DNA of 64,000 nucleotides. Origin: an uncultured Desulfobacter sp. Lineage in GTDB: Bacteria > Desulfobacterota > Desulfobacteria > Desulfobacterales > Desulfobacteraceae. The notes under the pieces were generated by a model that saw only the letters and a program-made list of their open reading frames with translations, had not been told where the DNA came from and did not search any database. Below, piece after piece: positions 40,901 to 49,584 of this stretch (the stretch's first letter is position 1; every line of letters begins with the position of its first letter). Location of the stretch: positions 2,336,001-2,400,000 of the forward strand of contig OY762069.1 in the NCBI GenBank assembly GCA_963665095.1. Direction: 5' to 3'. The translations under genes and the position numbers were made by a program.

Positions 40901-41918
40901 TAACCTGTCTTTGGCTGGTGACAGTGTAATTTCAACTCTGACTCAAGGGGGAGGATCTGCCGGGGATATTAATATCGATCTGGCAGGACAATTATATGCA
41001 AATGGTGAAAATGCCATCACCTTGCCATCAGCCATCCTTGCATCAGCAGGCCTTCCATTGGACACGCCTGAGGAGGGTTATGAGCTTGGGAAACCAGGTA
41101 ATATCACTCTAAAGGCAAACGAAATAGCCCTGATGAATGGGGCGACTATCAGTGCTATGACTGAAGGGGCTGAAAACGGAGGCCGAATAATCATCCTTGC
41201 AGACGGAAATGTCTCTTTATCCGGTATGAATCAGGAAGTGGGGCTGAAAACGCAAATTTCCTGTGAAACAAGCGGGACGGGCGATGCCGGGGATATCCAG
41301 TTAACATCTTCAAACCTGACCATTAAAGATGGTGCTTTGATCGTATCCCAAAGTACGGATAGCACCGGTAAGGGCGGCAGTATTGAACTGAATATAACCA
41401 AGGATGTAAATCTGTATAATGGATATTTATCTGTGGCCGCCAGTGGCGCAGACGGCGGAGACATCAATTTAAATGCAGGACACATGGTATATCAATACGG
41501 TGGCAGTATGACGACTGAAGCGGGCGGGGAAGGACGGGGCGGTAATATTTATATCAACTCAGACTATATAATTTTGGAAAACACGCTCATTAAAGCCAAT
41601 GCCTATGAAGGCGATGGCGGTAATATTGGCCTTATTTCCAGGGCCTTTATCAGTGATCCGGCAAGTACTATGGATGCGTCCTCCAACCTGGGCGTTGATG
41701 GTGAAGTCAATATTGCAGCGCCTGAAGTTGATATCGCACAGATTGAATCCCTGCCGGCCTCTTTTGCGGATCTGTCTCATATACTGAACCATTCCTGTGC
41801 AGACTGGTCCGTAAAAGATTCAAGCAGCCTGGTGGTGGCAGGACGGGACGGTGTGCCTGCCGGGCCCGAAGATCCATTGCTGGGCATTTCCCCGGAATTG
41901 TTTGAAGAGATGAAATGA
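37953..41918 (+). CDS. Two-partner secretion exoprotein (TpsA) with filamentous haemagglutinin N-terminal domain
   Basis: Long signal region; NLFHSF..F and INPAG(V)IFG TPS-domain motifs; about 30 G-x-(A/G)-G-x-I-x-I beta-helix repeats. Confidence 0.9.
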   Translation: MIHIKSHKQQSLIDPIERACESDARPLGPATADVQARHLRLRSEALHLFIFFILIILNLFSPGITRAEITTDGTVGAAMDLEGPDYQITQDLGTINGSNLFHSFNIFNLNSGESATFSGSETINNIFSRVTGGTTSWINGTLSSTIDGANFYFINPAGVIFGQGASLDISGSFYVSSADYILFENGGRFDATQTEQSTLSSYPLSAFGFLDNDPGSITFQGAQISVADGKTLSIVGGDITLEEAMTSESEQVESVVKAPQGNLNLISIKSSGEVVFGENISTTAENFGDISITNGSRISIDGETAGSLYIRSGNLVIENTNESVSDSPGIYANKTGDDYGGDIEIDLDNNLVMKNTAEIVCVENGNGEGGSIGIKADHIDMSEDSLIWGTTMGSGRGPDIDIEARSIELTSGGNIDCSAYGPGQGGNVTIHASESIQIDGYSTYSSGLYMDAYDTGDAGELEVSVPNLEITDQGVITGNTYDEGNGADIFLQIKRLELSGGGQIRAGTGDSGNGGNLEIYASNEINISGNGSVIGTQVQGSGDCGYMIISTPYLSLTDEGCISGAVFENSSGNGASIELNADAIEMSQSSSITIANYGDGNAGHLNISGQSMSLDSSYIFGGCAADGNGGDITISSEQINFNNARISSFCDTGDGNCGDIIIETNQMELVNSSILNGTYYGTGNSGDISITADEGVIVDGSGYISSASCYGTGDGGDIYITASDFQLKNNAVLTASTTSEGDGGDIQIHVDTLDLDNATIETRSSDQENKGIIPTGDAGSILINATSSIDITNEGIINTSTKGYGNAGNISIETAGDFSASPGNGEFGTVIGAYSLSNGFDGYGGNAGSINISANNLNLDISYITSMTDTSGSAQNISLNINDTITLGGDYDGNGWASSITSFSAGSGNGGNISINCSQLDMQDHTAIGSDTNGTGSAGNIDIVATGDIRLAGANGLTTSISSSSLYASSNSGDGGDLSIQADNLSLAGDSVISTLTQGGGSAGDINIDLAGQLYANGENAITLPSAILASAGLPLDTPEEGYELGKPGNITLKANEIALMNGATISAMTEGAENGGRIIILADGNVSLSGMNQEVGLKTQISCETSGTGDAGDIQLTSSNLTIKDGALIVSQSTDSTGKGGSIELNITKDVNLYNGYLSVAASGADGGDINLNAGHMVYQYGGSMTTEAGGEGRGGNIYINSDYIILENTLIKANAYEGDGGNIGLISRAFISDPASTMDASSNLGVDGEVNIAAPEVDIAQIESLPASFADLSHILNHSCADWSVKDSSSLVVAGRDGVPAGPEDPLLGISPELFEEMK

Positions 41919-44389
41919 AGCGCTATACTGCCGACCCTTTTCAATACGCATCCGCGCATCACCCATTGCGCATGAGGTTGTTATTTGTTTTGATTCTGGT
42001 GCTGATCCCGTTATTCTCATCGGCATACGCACAGATAGAGGACCCGGATTCCGCCGATACAGAAACGGCCCGGTCTTATTTGAACTGTGCCAGGCAGAAT
42101 CTGGAGTATGGCCATTATGATCAGGCCATCATAAATGCTCAAAAGGTATTGGATCTCAGCAAACAGGCAAGCCTGCAAAAACAACAGATAGTTGCGTTAA
42201 TATTGACCGGTGAGAGCTATATCGCAAATGGTCAGTACCAGAAAGCAATTCATAATCTGCAAGAAGCACTCAGGCTCAATGAATCCACTTTTCCCAATGA
42301 AGATAATGATTATACCATGCTGATATCTGATGGTTTGGGAAAAGCCTGTCAACTTCTGAATGAATTTGAGACGGCCCTTTCCTGGTTTCAAAAAAGTATT
42401 TATTTCGCAGAAAAAACGGACAATCCGGCCCATCTGGCAACAAGCTGTAACAACCTCGGACGACTATACGCTGAAAACAAATATGTCAAAAAAGCATTGG
42501 AATATTATCAAAAAAGTGCGGAGATATTTAATTCCAGCGGCAAACCAGAGCAGGCTTATCAAGCATATTTAAATATAATCAAATTGGTGCTTGATCAGGA
42601 ACAATCCCATGATACCCTGGCTAATCCGCCAGCGTATGCAACCAGAGCACTCATTGAAACAAAGGAACCTGAGCAGGAAAAAATCAGTATTAACACAATT
42701 GACGATTTTGAAGGTCTCTTTGACAAAATATTTGATCTGATACAAAAAAATAATGATTCCATTCAAACCGGATATGCATATATCTCGAATGCGCAAATTG
42801 CCTATCAACTGTACCGGCATCCTGTTTTTAAACATTCCGGCAAGGCTGACATGCTGAAACGAACCTACGACAGTCTGATTATGGCCGGCAAAATGGCCGA
42901 CACCATTAATAATTCCAGATTAAAATCCTATGCCCTGGGATATCTGGCCCGGCTCTATGAGGATAGCAAACGCGTTGAAGAGGCAGTAGCATTAACAAAT
43001 CAGGCAATTTATCATGCCCAGGAGAGTGATGCCACAGAACTCCTGTTTCGCTGGGAGGGCCAGCTTGGCCGCTTATTGCAAATTAATCAAAATAAGGATC
43101 AGGCTGTTTCTGCTTATCAGCGGGCCCTGTTTTACCTGGATACATTCCGGGAAGATTTAATCAGTGACTGCCGCCGCCGGCCAACCATATCATTTAGAAA
43201 TCATGTGGGGCCGATCTATTTTGGTTTATCAGACCTGCTGTTACAAAAAGCAGCCATGGAAAATGATACGCAAAAAAAGCATGAATACCTGATGAAGGCG
43301 CGTCGGATCATAGAACAGTTAAAGCAGATGGAACTACAGGACTTATTCCAGGATCAATGCATTGTAACCCTTCAAAACCAGGAAACATCCATCGAACAAA
43401 AATTAGACCACACCGCTGTCATTTATCCCATCATTCTGCGCCGGCGCATGGAAATTTTAATTACTTTTCCGGACGGTTTAAAGCAGCATACCATACCGGT
43501 TGATATGAAACTGTTAAATCAGAAAATCAACACGCTTCGCAGGGCACTGGAAGATCCTGGAAATTTCGAATTTAAGACGGTCTCTAAATACATTTATGAC
43601 CTCATTATCACGCCTGTTGAACAGGAACTGAACGTACAATCCATCCATACCTTAATTTTTGTACCGGATGGGTCGCTTCGGACGATTCCCATGGCGGCAT
43701 TGTATGATGGGCAGTCATTTTTAGTTGATAAATTTGCAGTTGTTGTCTCACCGGGTATGAATTTGACAGAACCACGCCCAATAGACAGTGCCAATCTGAA
43801 TCTGCTGCTGGCTGGCATTTCTGAATCGGTAAGGGGATTACCTGCCCTTCCCGGTGTTGCAGCCGAATTAAAGGAGATCCAGAAACTGTTTGATTGTGAT
43901 CTCTTAATGGATAAAACATTTCAGCTTGAGACAATCGAACACAAACTTCGAACCACACCCTATTCCGTCGTACATATAGCGTCACACGGCCAATTTAATC
44001 GTGATCCGAAAAAAACATTTCTACTGGCGTATGATAAGAATCTAACTATCGATAAACTAGAGGATTTAATGGCCTTGAGCAATTACCGGAAGACACCTGT
44101 GGAATTATTAACCCTTAGTGCCTGCCAGACTGCGGCGGGAGATGAACTCGCCGCTTTGGGCCTGGCGGGCGTTGCCTTAAAATCCGGGGCCAGAAGTGCG
44201 ATTGCATCTCTATGGTCGGTGAATGACCGGGCAACAGCCAAACTGGTGACCGGCTTTTATAAAAATTTAAAAACCGGCCGGTACTCCAAAGCAACGGCCC
44301 TGCAAAAGGCACAACAGGACCTGATTAAACAGGGTTTCAGTCATCCCTCACACTGGGCTCCTTTCTTATTAATCGGAAATTGGCTCTGA
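41915..44389 (+). CDS. TPR-repeat CHAT-domain (caspase-like) protease with signal peptide
   Basis: TPR repeats; FVPDGSLRTIPMAAL, HIASHG, LSACQTA, ASLWSVND and HPSHWAPFLLIGNWL. Confidence 0.92.
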   Translation: MKRYTADPFQYASAHHPLRMRLLFVLILVLIPLFSSAYAQIEDPDSADTETARSYLNCARQNLEYGHYDQAIINAQKVLDLSKQASLQKQQIVALILTGESYIANGQYQKAIHNLQEALRLNESTFPNEDNDYTMLISDGLGKACQLLNEFETALSWFQKSIYFAEKTDNPAHLATSCNNLGRLYAENKYVKKALEYYQKSAEIFNSSGKPEQAYQAYLNIIKLVLDQEQSHDTLANPPAYATRALIETKEPEQEKISINTIDDFEGLFDKIFDLIQKNNDSIQTGYAYISNAQIAYQLYRHPVFKHSGKADMLKRTYDSLIMAGKMADTINNSRLKSYALGYLARLYEDSKRVEEAVALTNQAIYHAQESDATELLFRWEGQLGRLLQINQNKDQAVSAYQRALFYLDTFREDLISDCRRRPTISFRNHVGPIYFGLSDLLLQKAAMENDTQKKHEYLMKARRIIEQLKQMELQDLFQDQCIVTLQNQETSIEQKLDHTAVIYPIILRRRMEILITFPDGLKQHTIPVDMKLLNQKINTLRRALEDPGNFEFKTVSKYIYDLIITPVEQELNVQSIHTLIFVPDGSLRTIPMAALYDGQSFLVDKFAVVVSPGMNLTEPRPIDSANLNLLLAGISESVRGLPALPGVAAELKEIQKLFDCDLLMDKTFQLETIEHKLRTTPYSVVHIASHGQFNRDPKKTFLLAYDKNLTIDKLEDLMALSNYRKTPVELLTLSACQTAAGDELAALGLAGVALKSGARSAIASLWSVNDRATAKLVTGFYKNLKTGRYSKATALQKAQQDLIKQGFSHPSHWAPFLLIGNWL

Positions 44390-44418
44390 ACAGATAAAGA
44401 AAAATAATAAAAAAATTT

Positions 44419-46176
44419 ATGGCAAAGCTGACATATACAACCGTTTACCTGATTGCCTTTTTTTTCATATCACTCAACTTTTGTCTTGCCCGGGATCCCG
44501 CCCCGCAAGGAATCCGAAGAACTGAAGCGAAATCATTTGATTTTCCTGGAAAGAAACTCATGGGGGAACCTGAGTTTGGCACAGGAGATGAAGACCCGGT
44601 CCCGGGATTTGAACTGCCGGCGGTTGACATCCCGAAAACAGACCCTGAAAAAGAACAAAACATATCTAAAACACTTTTTATTTATGTTGATTCCTATCAA
44701 TTTGAAGGCAATACTGTCATCTCTGACAAGGAGTTAACCGCCACAGCCCGGCCCTATACAAAACGTAAAGTCAGTAATGCTGAATTACAGGAACTGCGAA
44801 ATCTGCTGACCCGGCTATACATTGACAAAGGATATATCACATCAGGGGCCACCCTGCCGGATCAGAAAATTACAAATGGTATTATCAGATTTCAACTCAT
44901 TGAAGGAAAAATCAGCCAAATTACAATTGACGGCAATAAATATCTAACAGATGGATATATTACCAAACGGCTGGAACTGGGTTCGAGCCCCCCTTTGCAT
45001 GTGCCGTCACTCCAACAGCAAATTCAGCTACTTCATCAAAATCCACGTCTTCATAAGCTTGATGTCTGTATTAAGCCCGGCCTCAGACCCGGTTTCAATG
45101 AATTAACGGCCAATATTTATGAAGCAAAACCCTATAATTACGGATTCATTTTTAATAACCACCGTTCCTCCGATATAGGTTCCTACCAGGGTGAAATCTT
45201 TGGTGAGTATCACAGCCTTACCGGATGGGGTGATACCATTGGTGTGAAAGTAGGCCGGACTGAAGGATTGAAGAATTATTCGGCCTATTTCCAAATACCG
45301 GTTACCCCTAAAGATACGCAATTAGAACTGCAATATGAACAAAATGATGCCCGTATGGTTGAAGCGCCTTTTGATGAAATTGATATTGAAAGTGAATCAA
45401 AAACTATTCATGCATCTTTGAAACATCCGTTAATAAAGACCCTCCACACGGAATTTGCCATTGGTTTAATTTTTGAACACCGCCGTAGCCGGACGTATTT
45501 AATGGGGGAGCCTTATTCTTTTTCACTGGGTGCTGAGAATGGTGAAAGCGTAGGATCTCCTTTTCGCATAGCCTTTGACTACCGCCGGCAGGATCGAAAT
45601 CAAGTCGTTGCTTTACTGTCAACTTTCAGTTTTGGCACGAAGTGGTTTAATGCAACACAGCATGATGATTTGCCGGACAGTGATTTTTTTTCCTGGCTGG
45701 GTCAGTTTCAATGGGCAAAACGCTTTGAAAATCTAAGAAATACCCAGCTAATTTTTCGAGCCAACTGTCAGTTAACCGAAGACGAACTGCTTCCCATGGA
45801 AAAATTTTCTGTCGGCGGCGTAGACAGCGTGCGGGGATATCAGGAAAATCAACTGGTCCGTGATCAGGGTGCAACCACCTCACTGGAGATGCGGATTCCA
45901 ATCATTCGGGTCAAAATCCCCAATGTCAGTAAATCATTATCCGACGGGGTCATTCACGGGGCTTTATTTTATGATCTGGGCTGGGCTGATCACAAATCCA
46001 AAACAGATTCTGAAAGCGAAGAAGTTATTCACAGCACAGGAGTTGGCTTACGATGGGCACCATCTGCAAACATACAGGCGCAGGTATATTGGGGCTATGC
46101 GCTTAAGGATCTGGAATCTTCCTCCAATGATTCTCAAAATTCCCGTATCCATTTTCAAATCAGCTGTATTTATTGA
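44419..46176 (+). CDS. ShlB/FhaC/HecB-family TpsB transporter
   Basis: POTRA (FEGNTV, Y..KGYITS.A.LPDQ, IEG); GG..SVRGY motif; aromatic C-terminus. Confidence 0.92.
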   Translation: MAKLTYTTVYLIAFFFISLNFCLARDPAPQGIRRTEAKSFDFPGKKLMGEPEFGTGDEDPVPGFELPAVDIPKTDPEKEQNISKTLFIYVDSYQFEGNTVISDKELTATARPYTKRKVSNAELQELRNLLTRLYIDKGYITSGATLPDQKITNGIIRFQLIEGKISQITIDGNKYLTDGYITKRLELGSSPPLHVPSLQQQIQLLHQNPRLHKLDVCIKPGLRPGFNELTANIYEAKPYNYGFIFNNHRSSDIGSYQGEIFGEYHSLTGWGDTIGVKVGRTEGLKNYSAYFQIPVTPKDTQLELQYEQNDARMVEAPFDEIDIESESKTIHASLKHPLIKTLHTEFAIGLIFEHRRSRTYLMGEPYSFSLGAENGESVGSPFRIAFDYRRQDRNQVVALLSTFSFGTKWFNATQHDDLPDSDFFSWLGQFQWAKRFENLRNTQLIFRANCQLTEDELLPMEKFSVGGVDSVRGYQENQLVRDQGATTSLEMRIPIIRVKIPNVSKSLSDGVIHGALFYDLGWADHKSKTDSESEEVIHSTGVGLRWAPSANIQAQVYWGYALKDLESSSNDSQNSRIHFQISCIY

Positions 46177-46533
46177 TCCACATTTTTATGGAGCAGTTTC
46201 ACCCATCAACCCCAATTTCAATATGGCTGAGAGTAACGACACGATTAAATTTAATCGCAGGTTTTGAAATCTGACATTTTATTTAAAAATTTTTCCCTTT
46301 TTTACTATTCGTATTTGATTCGAAATTTTTTAGGACAGTATAAAGGATATATTATATGCCTTATCTTTTTTACGGCTTTACCTGAGGGTACGGTGGAACA
46401 GGAGAAATAAGTATCCGGGACCACCCCTGTGATTATCAGTGTTCTATTTTTTGTCCACTGACAGATGGATATTTCTTCATTTAGAATCCGGATGTTGAGA
46501 GCGCCTGTTTTGCAAATGTCCCCCCAAAACAGA

Positions 46534-47880
46534 TCACTGATTCCCATACACCACCTGGGGCAACCAGGATATAATCTGCGGGAAAGAGGCAATTATTACA
46601 AGGCCTATTATCTGAATCACCACAAACGGGATAATACCTTTATACAGGTCAACCGTTCTCACCTCGGGCGGACAGACCCCTTTAAGAAAAAACAGGGACG
46701 GACCAAAGGGCGGTGTCATGAATGATGTCTGCAGATTTACGGCAAAAAGTATCCCGAACCATAAGGGATCAAACCCGTAGTCAACCACAATGGGGGTGAT
46801 GATGGGAATATGAATATAGGTAATCTCGATAAAATCCAGGAAAAATCCAAGAATAAAAATAAACACCATGACCATGGTGACAAGCTGCCAGTCCGCAAGA
46901 TGCATGGAGTCGATAAAATCGCGAAGCAGATCATCCCCGCCAAGACCCCGGAACACCAGCGCGAAACAGCTTGCCCCAAGGATAATGATAAACACCATGC
47001 AGGTCATACGGATGGTGCCTTTGGCCACGTCATGCAACAGTACCAGGGAAAACCGGCGGTTGAACATGGTCAGGACCAGGGCGCCCACCGCGCCCATGGC
47101 ACCGGACTCCGTGGGGGTGGCAATACCTGCAAAAATGCTTCCCAGCACGGATATGATCAAAAACAGAGGCGGCACCAGGGCCTTTGCCGCCCTGATCAGC
47201 AGGTCCGCATCTATCCCGCCCTGTCTTGCCCGGGTGGCAGGCACATGCTTGGTGGAGACAAACGATGCCAGATATAAAAACAGGCTGTACAGGATCACCA
47301 GCACAAGTCCGGGGATGACAGCCCCCATGAACATGTCCCCAATGGGCACCTCCATGACCGGGCCCAGCAGCAGCAGAACAATACTTGGCGGAATGATCTG
47401 CCCCAGGGTGCCGGATGCGGCCACCGTCCCTGCAGCAAGGGGTTTTGAATACCCGTGCTTAAGCATGGTGGGAAGAGACATCAGCCCCATGGTGACAACT
47501 GTGGCACCCACAATGCCGGTGGATGCGCCCAGAAGTGCCCCCACCACAATAACGGAAATACCCAGCCCGCCCCGGACAGGGCTGAACAGCTCCTCCATGG
47601 TTTCAAGAAGATCCCGGGCCAGGCCTGATCGTTCAAGGGCCAGGCCCATGAAAACAAACAATGGCACGGCCATGAGCATAGTATTGGTCATCACCCCCCA
47701 CATGCGCAGGGGCAGCAGATCAAAAAAGCTGGGGGGCAGACCTATGAGCCCGAACAGAAACGATGTCCCCATCATGGTAAAGGTAACGGGAAACCCTGCC
47801 ATCAGCGCTACAGTCAGAACAAGAAACAGCCAGGCAGCAAGATAATCAGCAATCCAGAAAGGCAGGCAGTCTACGAGCAT
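46534..47880 (-). CDS. dctM: TRAP transporter large permease
   Basis: AVPLFVFMG..LERSG, GTLGQIIPPSI and NLQTSFMTPPFG. Confidence 0.93.
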   Translation of the reverse strand: MLVDCLPFWIADYLAAWLFLVLTVALMAGFPVTFTMMGTSFLFGLIGLPPSFFDLLPLRMWGVMTNTMLMAVPLFVFMGLALERSGLARDLLETMEELFSPVRGGLGISVIVVGALLGASTGIVGATVVTMGLMSLPTMLKHGYSKPLAAGTVAASGTLGQIIPPSIVLLLLGPVMEVPIGDMFMGAVIPGLVLVILYSLFLYLASFVSTKHVPATRARQGGIDADLLIRAAKALVPPLFLIISVLGSIFAGIATPTESGAMGAVGALVLTMFNRRFSLVLLHDVAKGTIRMTCMVFIIILGASCFALVFRGLGGDDLLRDFIDSMHLADWQLVTMVMVFIFILGFFLDFIEITYIHIPIITPIVVDYGFDPLWFGILFAVNLQTSFMTPPFGPSLFFLKGVCPPEVRTVDLYKGIIPFVVIQIIGLVIIASFPQIISWLPQVVYGNQ

Positions 47881-48434
47881 GTCCCCTCCTCCTGTTTCAA
47901 AGCCGGTACCTTATCATCCGGGGCAAAAAGGACCAGCGCACTTTTAGCGGCAAGTAAAAGGCCCTGAAACAGCATGAGAAAATACCCTGCCGGCAGGCAG
48001 GCCTTTATGAAAAACCGGGCCGGAATGCCGCCCGGATCAAGGGAGACCTCTTTGATCTCATAGGCGGTTATCACCCATGGAACAGCGGTCTTAAGCACCA
48101 GACAGCAGGAGGGAATCAAAAAGACGATCACCCCAAGAAGGTTGATGACCGCCCTTTTTTTAGGCCCCAGCACTGAATAGAGAACATCCACCCTGACATG
48201 ACCGTCATAGAGCAGGGTAAATCCTGCACCAATCAGAAAGACAAAGGAAAAAAGGTGCCACTCAAGCTCGGCCATGCATACAAAACTTGTATTAAACAGG
48301 TAGCGCATGATCACATTGGAAAAAATTACAAGGATGAAGGCCACAACGGCAAAAGAGACAACCACATTGCCGATCCATTCATTGAGCTTATCACCTGCCG
48401 CAATCATTTTTCGTATTTTCACTGAGGCTGACAT
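47871..48434 (-). CDS. dctQ: TRAP transporter small permease
   Basis: RYLFN, ELEWH and HVRVD; four TM helices. Confidence 0.92.
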   Translation of the reverse strand: MSASVKIRKMIAAGDKLNEWIGNVVVSFAVVAFILVIFSNVIMRYLFNTSFVCMAELEWHLFSFVFLIGAGFTLLYDGHVRVDVLYSVLGPKKRAVINLLGVIVFLIPSCCLVLKTAVPWVITAYEIKEVSLDPGGIPARFFIKACLPAGYFLMLFQGLLLAAKSALVLFAPDDKVPALKQEEGTCS

Positions 48435-48455
48435 ATCTGTTGCTGTTTTTTACCT

Positions 48456-49541
48456 TTACGCCATTTTATTCCAGTATACTTTTTCGCTCATCTTACCCCA
48501 GGCCGCTGTTTTGGCCTGAAATGCCTTGTAATCCTTGTGAACCTTCAGGGCAAACGGATCCTTTGCCGCCTCCGCCTCAATAACGGCATTGGAGACCTCT
48601 TTGATTCTGGCGATAACATCATCCGGGTATACTCTCACGTCCACCCCGTGATCCTTGACAAGTTTCTCAAGGGCATCGCTGCTCTGGGCGTCGAACTGGG
48701 CAAGGGCCCTGATATTGGTGGCAGCAGCAGCCACGTCAAGAATGCGTCTCAGATGCGCGGGCAGCTCCTCATAGGCCTTTTTATTGAAAAACACTTCCAG
48801 GGTCGGACCCTGCTCATGCCATCCGGGGGTATAGTAATATTTTGCCACCTTGTACAGGCCTAACAGGATGTCATGCACGGGTCCGACAAACTCAGCCGCA
48901 TCCACCACCCCGCGTTCAAGGGAGGGAAAAATTTCAGCAGGCGGTGTCATGACGGTTGTTACGCCGAGCTCGGACAAAACGCGTCCAGCAATGGACCCGA
49001 TACGCATTTTAAGACCCTTGAAATCATCAATGGAGTTGATCTCCTTGCGAAACCAGCCGCCCATCTGCATGCCGGAATTTCCAATAAGCCGTGGTACAAG
49101 GTCAAACTGTCCGTAAAGCTCTTCCATCAATTTCATGCCGTTTCCTTCGTAGAACCAGGCATTGATACTCTGGGCATTCATGCCAAAGGGAATGGAGCCG
49201 AACCAGTTAAATGCCGTGGATTTACCGGCCCAGAAATAGGGAGATCCGGTACCCATCTGTACGGTACCCTTGGATGCGGCATCAAAGGCGCCAAAGGGCG
49301 GTACAAGTTCCCCGCCGCCGTAAAGCTTGATGTCAAGCTGACCGTCAGACATCTCTTTTACGTCCCTGCAGAAGTCCTTGACCGTATCAAACATGATCTT
49401 TACCTTGGGATTCCAGAAAGAGGTGGCCTGCCACCTGATTTTTTTTGTGGATGCAATCACGGCAGGGGCTTTAACGGTCATGGCTGCGGCTGCAGCAACC
49501 GTACCGGCACCGGCTTTTTTCAAAAACGCGCGTCTTTCCAT
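48456..49541 (-). CDS. dctP: TRAP substrate-binding protein (TakP-like, Tat signal)
   Basis: MERRAFLK twin-arginine signal; QMGGWF, GLKMR, LERGVVDAAEF and YYYTPGWHE. Confidence 0.92.
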   Translation of the reverse strand: MERRAFLKKAGAGTVAAAAAMTVKAPAVIASTKKIRWQATSFWNPKVKIMFDTVKDFCRDVKEMSDGQLDIKLYGGGELVPPFGAFDAASKGTVQMGTGSPYFWAGKSTAFNWFGSIPFGMNAQSINAWFYEGNGMKLMEELYGQFDLVPRLIGNSGMQMGGWFRKEINSIDDFKGLKMRIGSIAGRVLSELGVTTVMTPPAEIFPSLERGVVDAAEFVGPVHDILLGLYKVAKYYYTPGWHEQGPTLEVFFNKKAYEELPAHLRRILDVAAAATNIRALAQFDAQSSDALEKLVKDHGVDVRVYPDDVIARIKEVSNAVIEAEAAKDPFALKVHKDYKAFQAKTAAWGKMSEKVYWNKMA

Positions 49542-49584
49542 TTTGATTCTCCTTTTCTTAACTTTAAATTTGACTGCCAAACAG

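Noticed and set aside
38950..41650. CRISPR or tandem DNA repeat array in the TpsA gene
   Set aside because: Repeats are degenerate and at protein level; I saw no identical spaced nucleotide repeats anywhere in the window.
46305..46592. 95-aa ORF (and the 97-aa ORF at 37593-37886) at the island edges
   Set aside because: They overlap real genes, lack an RBS and show no recognisable motifs.
46868..47845. 325-aa ORF antisense to dctM, and similar long antisense ORFs over copA, dctP, the kinases and iorA
   Set aside because: Antisense shadows produced by codon bias; low-complexity translations.
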